A stretch of DNA of 64,000 nucleotides from assembly GCA_963737655.1 (NCBI GenBank), contig CAVTTN010000002.1, positions 4,672,001-4,736,000 on the forward strand, read 5' to 3'. The notes under the pieces are model-generated. The model worked only from the letters and a program-made list of their open reading frames with translations. It was not told the DNA's origin and did not search any database. The position numbers and the translations under genes are program-made. Below are positions 1 to 6,765 of this stretch, piece after piece (position 1 is the first letter of the stretch; each line of letters starts with the position of its first letter). Source of the stretch: an uncultured Planctomycetota bacterium (GTDB taxonomy: Bacteria > Planctomycetota > Planctomycetia > Isosphaerales > Isosphaeraceae).

Positions 1-968
1 TGCTTCTCGCTCGGGAACCGCCCCACGTCGCCGCCGAGCTCGGCCAGGATCACCGTCGCCGTCGTCGCGTCGATCCCCTCGATGGCCGTCAGGTCCACGC
101 CGATCGCCCGGGCCAGCTTGGCCGGGGCGTCGAACCGCACGTCGTTGGCCTTGCGGCCCCTCTTGCGCGGCCTCGGGGCGACCGGCCCGCCCCCGGAGCG
201 GTCGGGCAGGCGGTCCAGCTCCTCGGCGATCCGGGCGTCGCACTCGTCGACCTGGCGGTGGAGGTAGTGGTACAGGTCGGACGCCTGCTTCAGGGCGAAC
301 AGGTGCTCGGGCCGCCAGGTGCCCTCCAGGGCCCGGGCGATCTCCGCCTCGTCCCGGGCGCACCGCTCGTGCCGCAGCGCGGCCAGCTTCGCCGGGTGGC
401 GCTCGCCGGCGAGGATGGCGGCGATGATCGCCGTGCCGGTGACGCCCGTGATGCTGCTGACGACCTCGGTCAGCTTCACATTCATCTGCTCCAAAGCCTT
501 CTGCATGTGCTGGACGTGGTGCGAGGCGTACCGCACGAGCATCTGCCGCTGCCGCCAGTAGCCGCGCAGGGCCAGGACGGCCCCGGGCGGGCGGAAGGAC
601 GGGCGGAGCAGGCCGCAGGCGTGGAGGCGCTGGAGCCACTGGCAGTCGAGCCGGTCGGTCTTGGGCCGGGCGCCGCAGTGGCTGGCCTGGCTCGGCTCGA
701 TGAGGAAGACCTCGAAGCCGCGCGATTCGAGCAGCTCGAACAGGGGGATCCAGTAGACGCCGGTGGACTCCAGGACCACCGAGGTGACGCCCTCGGCCCG
801 GAACCAATCGGCCAGGGCGTGGAGGTCGGCCGAGCAGGCGCCGAAGGTGCGGACCCGTCCGGGCCCGACGCAGGCGACGTGGTTGTCGGAGTGGACGTCG
901 ACGGCGGCGGCGTGGGGGTGGACGACCGGCAGGGACGCGTCGGGATCGGGGGGCGTGCGGCGACTCAT
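1..968 (-). CDS. IS110-family DEDD transposase/recombinase (3' end runs off window; absent from the ORF track)
   Basis: Manual translation from ATG 968: MSRRTPPDPDASLPVVHPHAAAVDVHSD...VVLESTGVYWIPLFELLE...RPKTDRLDCQWLQRLH...HMQKALEQMNVKL...LTAIEGID...ELGGDVGRFPSEK. D-E-D-D catalytic motifs are present and the frame is open to the window edge. Confidence 0.93.
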   Translation of the reverse strand, partial: MSRRTPPDPDASLPVVHPHAAAVDVHSDNHVACVGPGRVRTFGACSADLHALADWFRAEGVTSVVLESTGVYWIPLFELLESRGFEVFLIEPSQASHCGARPKTDRLDCQWLQRLHACGLLRPSFRPPGAVLALRGYWRQRQMLVRYASHHVQHMQKALEQMNVKLTEVVSSITGVTGTAIIAAILAGERHPAKLAALRHERCARDEAEIARALEGTWRPEHLFALKQASDLYHYLHRQVDECDARIAEELDRLPDRSGGGPVAPRPRKRGRKANDVRFDAPAKLARAIGVDLTAIEGIDATTATVILAELGGDVGRFPSEK

Positions 969-984
969 GGCGAGGGCTCCGGCG

Positions 985-1175
985 GGTGGGGGGCCAAGCC
1001 GTCGCGGGCCGAGAGGGGGTCCGGGGACGAGGTAGTCTCCCCGACGGGAACGTCGCGGGGCCGTGTTGACACGGCGCCGCGGGTCACCAATGATGGGGCC
1101 ACGGCCTCTCGGGCCAGGCTAACCTGCGGGCGGCGAGCACCAGGGAGATGACGGCCGGGAGGCTCGCGACGGCGT
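985..1175 (-). ncRNA. Candidate IS110 bridge/seek RNA in the non-coding end (boundaries approximate)
   Basis: Lies upstream of the transposase. Sequence blocks and hairpin positions are conserved with the two mini-elements. Contains CTAACCTG (1119-1126) matching the attC target. A TAnnnT -10-like hexamer (TACGCT, minus strand) sits at 1181-1186. Confidence 0.6.
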
Positions 1176-1253
1176 GCCCCAGCGTATCGCGCCCGGTGGT
1201 CGGGGCCACCCCCGGTTCACGTCCGTCGGGGAGCGGTCGCAGGCCGCGCGGAG

Positions 1254-1352
1254 AGTTAACCTGGCGCTGCAGCGGACCCGGCCACGCGGGCGGTTCTGGG
1301 AATGCGGATGTCGCTGGGATGTGGCCGGGTCCGCTGAGCTTGGCTGTTAGGC
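1254..1352 (+). other. attC site 1 (integron cassette recombination site)
   Basis: TAAC (1257-1260), GCTGCAGCGGACCCGGCCAC ... GTGGCCGGGTCCGCTGAGC, GTTAGGC (1346-1352). R''/L''/L'/R' layout with an extrahelical G in L''. Confidence 0.9.
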
Positions 1353-1374
1353 GGCGTCAGCCGAGCGTGGGGGC

Positions 1375-1806
1375 ATGATGGGCATCGAGCACGTTGACGG
1401 GACCGTCCCCCATCGGACGCGGAAGATGCCCTTTGTGCGCTTCCGCCTTCGCACGCTGATCGCCGTGGTCGCCCTGCTCGCCGGGCTGCTCGCGACATGG
1501 CGAGCCGTCTCCTATCACCTCGCTTACGCTCGCAAGGTCGAATACTCCCGGGATTGGGCGAGGAGCAGCCTGCTCGCGGCGGAGTCCTACCGCAAGCGGG
1601 CTTCCGAACCGGACTGCCCGGCGAAGGATGCCGCCGAGTTGCGATGGCTGGCCAGGAAGGAGGAGCTGATCTCGCGGAGATACGCCGAGATCGCCGCTCA
1701 GCCTTGGCGCCCCTACCCGACGGCGAGTGCCCCTCTTCTGACGCGCCAGGACTGGGACCAGCTCGGAGCCTTCCCGGGCCGGCCACCCGCCCAAGCCGGG
1801 CGCTGA
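1375..1806 (+). CDS. Gene cassette 1: hypothetical protein with N-terminal membrane anchor (start may be 1426)
   Basis: Single ORF between attC1 and attC2. RFRLRTLIAVVALLAGLLA is a basic-hydrophobic N-terminus common in planctomycete small proteins. Confidence 0.7.
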   Translation: MMGIEHVDGTVPHRTRKMPFVRFRLRTLIAVVALLAGLLATWRAVSYHLAYARKVEYSRDWARSSLLAAESYRKRASEPDCPAKDAAELRWLARKEELISRRYAEIAAQPWRPYPTASAPLLTRQDWDQLGAFPGRPPAQAGR

Positions 1807-1842
1807 TCCGAGTCCATCAGCCTTCGGTCGAGACGCTCTCCT

Positions 1843-2221
1843 CTTCGTGAACTCTTTGGCTGGGAACGGCCATCGACGCGCGACACTACCCCAACCCCAG
1901 GCTTTGTGGCCGGGCAGCGGCGAGGTCCGGGTAGCAAACCGACGGATTCAAGAGCGGCGGACGAGGCGCGGGCCGAGAGGGGAGTCGGTTACGCTTGCAG
2001 TCTCTTCGACGGGAACATCCCCGCGAGTCGGCTCGCGGGGCGTCGCCAATGACCGGATCACGACCTCTCGGGCCAGGCTAACCTACGGGCAGGGAGCACC
2101 AAGGTGGAGACGGCCGGGAGGCCCGCGCCACACTCAGGCTACGCCGCGCCGGGTCGGCGGGCAAGTCGTCCCCGACCCCCGTTCACGCCCCGTCGGGAGC
2201 GGACGAAGGCCGCAGGATGGT
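1843..2221 (-). mobile_element. Non-autonomous IS110-derived mini-element, copy 1 (379 bp), in R'' of attC2
   Basis: 376/379 identical to 2643-3021. Segment 1967-2225 is homologous to IS non-coding end 1003-1260. Removing it restores TCCTAAC. Confidence 0.85.
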
Positions 2222-2318
2222 TAACCTCGCGCTGCAGCGGACCCCGCACCGCCGCGGCGTCTCTCGTGGTATCATCATCTTCTCGGCGGTGCGGGTCCGC
2301 TGAGCTTTGTCGTTAGGC
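2219..2318 (+). other. attC site 2
   Basis: TAAC (2222-2225), GCTGCAGCGGACCCCGCACCGCCG ... CGGCGGTGCGGGTCCGCTGAGC, GTTAGGC (2312-2318). Confidence 0.9.
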
Positions 2319-2341
2319 GGCGTTCATCGCGGGGGGTGCGC

Positions 2342-2650
2342 ATGCCCGATCCGAGTTCGCTCCTGATCTTCAGCGAGGACGAGGCGCGGCCGCTTGAGGC
2401 ATACAATCGCTTCGTCGGGACGCTCCCCCCGGAATTGCAGCAACAGCTAAGGGCGGTGCTGATGAGCTATCTGGGCGCTTACGGCCCCGTGGAGACTCTG
2501 GAGCGATTCCGCGGCCGTACCCTCGCCCAAGTGCTGGAGGATTACCATCCGCCCAGCGAGCCGCCGGTCGTGAAGTCCGGCGAACTGGACGGGGTGCGTT
2601 ATACGCTGGACGATCGGCCCGGTTCCGGTGGCAACCCCGCCTCTTCGTGA
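2342..2650 (+). CDS. Gene cassette 2: hypothetical protein
   Basis: Single ORF filling the interval between attC2 and attC3. The inferred original stop is the TAA in the reconstructed GCCTAAC R'' box. Confidence 0.7.
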   Translation: MPDPSSLLIFSEDEARPLEAYNRFVGTLPPELQQQLRAVLMSYLGAYGPVETLERFRGRTLAQVLEDYHPPSEPPVVKSGELDGVRYTLDDRPGSGGNPASS

Positions 2651-3021
2651 ACTCTTTGGCTGGGAACGGCCATCGACGCGCGACACTACCCCAACCCCAG
2701 GCTTTGTGGCCGGGCAGCGACGAAGTCCGGGTAGCAAACCGACGGATTCAAGAGCGGCGGACGAGGCGCGGGCCGAGAGGGGAGTCGGTTACGCTTGCAG
2801 TCTCTTCGGCGGGAACATCCCCGCGAGTCGGCTCGCGGGGCGTCGCCAATGACCGGATCACGACCTCTCGGGCCAGGCTAACCTACGGGCAGGGAGCACC
2901 AAGGTGGAGACGGCCGGGAGGCCCGCGCCACACTCAGGCTACGCCGCGCCGGGTCGGCGGGCAAGTCGTCCCCGACCCCCGTTCACGCCCCGTCGGGAGC
3001 GGACGAAGGCCGCAGGATGGT
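2643..3021 (-). mobile_element. Non-autonomous IS110-derived mini-element, copy 2 (379 bp), in R'' of attC3
   Basis: Direct repeat of copy 1 at an 800-bp offset with 3 substitutions (2720, 2724, 2809). Removing it restores a perfect GCCTAAC. Confidence 0.85.
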
Positions 3022-3117
3022 TAACCTCGCGCTGCAGCGGACCCGGCCACGCGGGCGCGTTATGATCGTGCGGAGCATCCCGGTATGTGGCCGGTCCGCT
3101 GAGCTTATGCGTTGTAC
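3019..3117 (+). other. attC site 3 (last in array)
   Basis: TAAC (3022-3025), GCTGCAGCGGACCCGGCCAC ... GTGGCCGGTCCGCTGAGC, GTTGTAC (3111-3117, non-consensus after GTT). Confidence 0.85.
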
Positions 3118-3231
3118 CTCGTCGGTCGGGCCCTCGCGTGGGTCTCCGGTAAGACGCTCCGAATGGAAGGGGACGGGTGGAGTTTCGAGAGTTTTCGGCC
3201 CGTTCTCCCCGCTGCTATCAGGGCTGGATTC

Positions 3232-3516
3232 TCAAAACCGGACCCGGCCCAGGACGACGAAATCGGTCAGGGCCCGGCCCATCACGGCCCCCCGCTCGGC
3301 ACCCAGGACGGCCCTTGCGAACGGCTCGAACCCGGGCTCGCCCGCCCGGCCCCTCTGGAGCCATCGGTAGAGCGTCGAGGCCCCGACGCCGGACGCCTCC
3401 GCCGCGGCCTCGCGGGACTTCCCCTCGGAGATCGCCGCCACGATCGACAGGGCGGCCCCGGGGGTGAACTTCGAGGGCCGCCCTCCCCTATGCTGCTTCG
3501 GTTTCGCTCTCGGCAT
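3232..3516 (-). CDS. HTH protein, terminase-small-subunit-like
   Basis: GGRPSKFTP...AAAEASGVGASTLYRWL: GRPSK plus HTH, a pattern seen in TerS N-termini. Confidence 0.55.
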   Translation of the reverse strand: MPRAKPKQHRGGRPSKFTPGAALSIVAAISEGKSREAAAEASGVGASTLYRWLQRGRAGEPGFEPFARAVLGAERGAVMGRALTDFVVLGRVRF

Positions 3517-3524
3517 GGCCCGGT

Positions 3525-3830
3525 TCACCTCTGCCTCGGGCCGATCTTGTCCGTCCACTTGCCCCGGTAGTCGGCCAGCCATCCGGCGATCACCGCGTCC
3601 ATCGCGTCGGCGTCGGGCCCCTTGAGCCGGGCCTGGAGGTCGTCCAGGGCCGCGGCGCCGTCGGTGCCTCGGGGGACTTCGACCACCCCGGAGCGGATCG
3701 TCAGGACCACCCCGGCCCGCTCGCACTCGGGCCTTCCTCGGGTCACGGCCAGGGCGTGGAGGAGCTGCCCGCGCCTCGCCCCCCCGGCGGCCCGCTCCAG
3801 GCGCCCGAGCCTGCCCTGGAGACTCGCCAT
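3525..3830 (-). CDS. Hypothetical protein of the element
   Basis: MASLQGRLGRLER N-terminus; tightly packed in the minus-strand gene run. Confidence 0.55.
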   Translation of the reverse strand: MASLQGRLGRLERAAGGARRGQLLHALAVTRGRPECERAGVVLTIRSGVVEVPRGTDGAAALDDLQARLKGPDADAMDAVIAGWLADYRGKWTDKIGPRQR

Positions 3831-3855
3831 CAAGTTGCCTCCCCAGGAACCCCGG

Positions 3856-4068
3856 TCAGTCGATGATGCCGTGCCGCCTGAACGCCGCGACCATCAGCCG
3901 GGCGGCCTCGACGTCGCTCCGGTCGAAGGCATCCGCCACGGCCAACAGCTCCTCATTGGTCAGGGCCCGGATGCCCCGGAGATACTTCCGCCGGGACAAC
4001 CTGCGGACGATGCCGACGGGGCTCCAGGAGTCCTCCAGGCGCCGGACGCGCCCCTCGGCCCGGCTCAC
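3856..4068 (-). CDS. Small hypothetical protein
   Basis: GTG start, SRAEGRVRRLED...; same RxxRLE N-terminal pattern as its neighbour. Confidence 0.45.
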   Translation of the reverse strand: MSRAEGRVRRLEDSWSPVGIVRRLSRRKYLRGIRALTNEELLAVADAFDRSDVEAARLMVAAFRRHGIID

Positions 4069-4465
4069 GACTCGTCTCCCCCTCGTGCTTCTGGTCGGCC
4101 GCGACCTGCTCCAGGAAGGCGATCCGGGCGTCCAGCTCGACGTGGGTCCGTAGCTTGACGGCGGAGTCCAGGACGGCGACAGCGGCCCGGAGCCGGATGG
4201 CCGGGGACGGGTCGGCCAGGAGCTTGTCGAGGGCGGCGGTGGCCCTGGCGGCAGAACGGGCGAGCCGACCGACGGACCGCTCGAAGATGTCGCCACGAAC
4301 CCGGGCGACATAGGAGCAGAACTCGGGCTTGTCCAGCCAATCGTAGACCGTCCGCTCGCCGGCCTTGACCGCCTTGGCCGTGGCCCGGACGGGCCTGCCC
4401 GAGGCGAGCAGCAGGGCGGCCCTCTGCTGCTTGGGGGTCCAGTCTGCGGTGGCATGCGGTGGCAT
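3953..4465 (-). CDS. HTH protein (phBC6A51/TerS-like); true stop may be near 4065
   Basis: WTPKQQRAALLLASG...TAKAVKAGERTVYDWL...PAIRLRAAVAVLD...ELDARIAFLE. Confidence 0.6.
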   Translation of the reverse strand: MPPHATADWTPKQQRAALLLASGRPVRATAKAVKAGERTVYDWLDKPEFCSYVARVRGDIFERSVGRLARSAARATAALDKLLADPSPAIRLRAAVAVLDSAVKLRTHVELDARIAFLEQVAADQKHEGETSREPGRGARPAPGGLLEPRRHRPQVVPAEVSPGHPGPDQ

Positions 4466-4721
4466 GCGGAAATCTCGCATCAGATCGATAACCGGCCAAC
4501 CTCTGCATGCTTGATCGTACAAGCCAGGTTGCGGTTCGTCCAATGGCGACTTGGCCGCCCACCCGCTCGCCGGTCCGATGGACGGAAGCGGTCGGAGGCC
4601 ATAGAGTGGGAAGCATCGGGTCGGTCTCGGGGGTGGCCACCCCCGGGCCTCACGGTCCCGGTCGTCGCGTCGGCCCCACTCCGCCGCGACGGGCGGGACC
4701 GGCCCGAGAGGAGTGGGGAAC

Positions 4722-6120
4722 ATGCCCGAACCCTGGCATCGGCCTCTGGCCGTGCTGCGCGACGAATTCGCCCGACGCTCGGCCGACCTCCGGCATCTGT
4801 TGGTCAGGATCGAACGGAATTCCTACATCGTGCCCCCCGAATGGTGGCAGGCCAGGCCCGGCGAGGAATATTCGCGCCGGGGCCTCCCCGACGAGGCCAT
4901 GTGGCGGATCGAACCCGGCGGGCGCGCCCCCCGTCCGGTCATCATACAACAGACCGAGGACGGTTCGTCCTTCATGTGGAAGCACACGTTCTATGGCCAT
5001 GCCCCCGAGGCTCGAGACTTCTTCATCGACCTCGCCTACCGGGCGTTCCGATGCCTCGCCTCCGCCCCCGCAGGTGAATTTGCACGGCTCGCGGAAGTCC
5101 TAAGAATGTCCATCGATCCGCCGGACCTCGACTACCATAGCCCGGATCTTTGGTGGTTGCGTGCGGTTCACGAGATTGCACGGCGGCGGCATGAAGGCTC
5201 CTCCCTCTGGTCACTCAGCGGGCCGTCCAGTCAATTCCATAGCGTGGAACAAGACCTCCAGTCCCAACGACGTGCCCGAGAGCGAGGGGAAACGGTCGGT
5301 TACGACTTCGGCTACTCGATCCTGCACGGACGTTTTCACTTGCTCGGCGGAGGCCATCGACCTCACCCTCAAGGCCGCCCCGCCCCAGCATTACCCGGCG
5401 ATCGACCGATTCGCCTTCCGGTTTCTCCTGGAGACGATCGATGGCCGTTACTTCCTGTTGGGTGCTCTGCATGATTCTTGGGAGCGCTCCGGGGAGGGAA
5501 CTGGCCCGCCCCAATTTCAGTATCGAGAGATCGCCGACGACGCCGCCCTCGCCTTGCTCGTGGAATCGGGGCTCGCCGACGACCTATCGATTCATCTCCG
5601 AGACGTCCTCGAATGGAACCTCGATCCTTCACGATTGGGTGAACGCGCTGGCTTGTCGGTTGACGCGGGACCAGTGATCCCATCGATTCCGACCGAAGGT
5701 GGAACGGTCCGTCCGCTCAATCCGACAGGGGCCCGCTCTCAGGCCGAAGCGGGCGACTCGCGGGAGGAGGGCGAAGAGCCCGGGCGGGGAGCCGATCTTC
5801 CGGGGATCAGCGCGGCGCCGGGCCTCCCGTCGCCAGATGAGGCCCCGGGCTCCAGCCTCAGGACCCGGTCGAAGCCCGATTCTTTGAACCCGGGCGTGAA
5901 AGCCGTCGCCGCCGCTTACGCATTGCAGGAAGAGGGGTTACCGGTGTCGCTCAAAGCCGCCTGTGAACGCGCAGGAGTGGATCGGAAGAACGTCCGGGAG
6001 CGATACCCGGAGCAAGTCCGCGTGATTCGAGCCCTATCCGCCCCCGATGGTGACGCACGGCGGGGGACGATCGATCGGAGGAGCGGGAATATCGACGCTG
6101 GATATGAGGACGACGAATAG
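4722..6120 (+). CDS. Hypothetical protein with C-terminal HTH-like segment, split over two frames (shift near 5300-5340)
   Basis: Overlapping ORFs 4713-5474 and 5161-6120 each look protein-like in only one half; C-terminal SLKAACERAGVDRKNVRERYP. Confidence 0.45.
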
Positions 6121-6275
6121 GCCCCACCCCACGAAAACACCCCACGGAATTTTCTTGTAGCCCGGAAATCAAGGCGAATGGATGACCCTCCACCCCCCAC
6201 GGCCCCCCCACCCCGCCGGTAGGTCGTGGCCGTCGCGATTGTGACGATGGCCCCGCCCCGGGAGACCCGTGGATC

Positions 6276-6467
6276 ATGGCCAAAGCCCGTCCGCCCGATG
6301 ATTTCAACAACTCCCCGATCGCGTGGTTCGCCGAATTTCTGCATGCTTTGGATGGACGAGACGTCGAGCAAGCCGCCCGAGCGAAGGCCGAACTGACCCG
6401 CTTGGGCTGGACTTTCCGGTATCGGAAGCCCCGCCCCGAGGCCGATGGCCAGGCGGTGGCCCGATGA
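6276..6467 (+). CDS. Small hypothetical protein
   Basis: 63-aa ORF immediately before the AlpA-like gene. Confidence 0.5.
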   Translation: MAKARPPDDFNNSPIAWFAEFLHALDGRDVEQAARAKAELTRLGWTFRYRKPRPEADGQAVAR

Positions 6468-6765
6468 CTCCCCGTCCCGGCCGCCGGACCCGACCGACCG
6501 CCAATCTGATCCAAGAGGCCAATCGACCAAAGGCGGCCGAACCGCCCCTCGGGGCGCCCCCCTCGGACCTGACATCCCTGCCCTGGGCGGTAGGCTCACG
6601 GTCCGCCTGGACGAATTACCCGCTGCCCTCGGAGTGTCGCGGCGGACCATCGAACGCGAGAGGTCCGCCGGCCGATTCCCCAAGCCCGACCTGACGATCG
6701 GGAAGATGCCGCTCTGGCAGCCCCAGACGATCCGAGATTGGATCGCGGGGGGTGGGCGTTCATGA
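6445..6765 (+). CDS. AlpA/Xis-like HTH (excisionase candidate); start uncertain
   Basis: VRLDELPAALGVSRRTIERERSAGRFPKPDLTIGKMPLWQPQTIRDWI; ATGA-coupled to the helicase. Confidence 0.8.
   Translation: MARRWPDDSPSRPPDPTDRQSDPRGQSTKGGRTAPRGAPLGPDIPALGGRLTVRLDELPAALGVSRRTIERERSAGRFPKPDLTIGKMPLWQPQTIRDWIAGGGRS

Larger units (their letters stand above)
1..1256 (-). mobile_element. IS110-family insertion sequence (partial) inserted in the R'' box of attC1
   Basis: Transposase on the minus strand plus ~290-bp upstream non-coding end that stops at GAGAGT|TAAC, where the attC palindrome begins. Confidence 0.85.

Noticed and set aside
258..1151. 297-aa + strand ORF
   Set aside because: Antisense shadow of the IS110 transposase.
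1847..3024. Duplicated 125-aa ORFs (1847-2224, 2647-3024)
   Set aside because: They span the mini-elements end to end, are Arg/Pro/Gly-rich with no motif, and the homologous IS segment has indels. They are best explained as chance open frames in GC-rich non-coding DNA.
1254..3117. Repeat-spacer pattern read as a CRISPR array
   Set aside because: Units are ~100-bp imperfect palindromes separated by whole genes and have attC R/L boxes; no cas genes are present.
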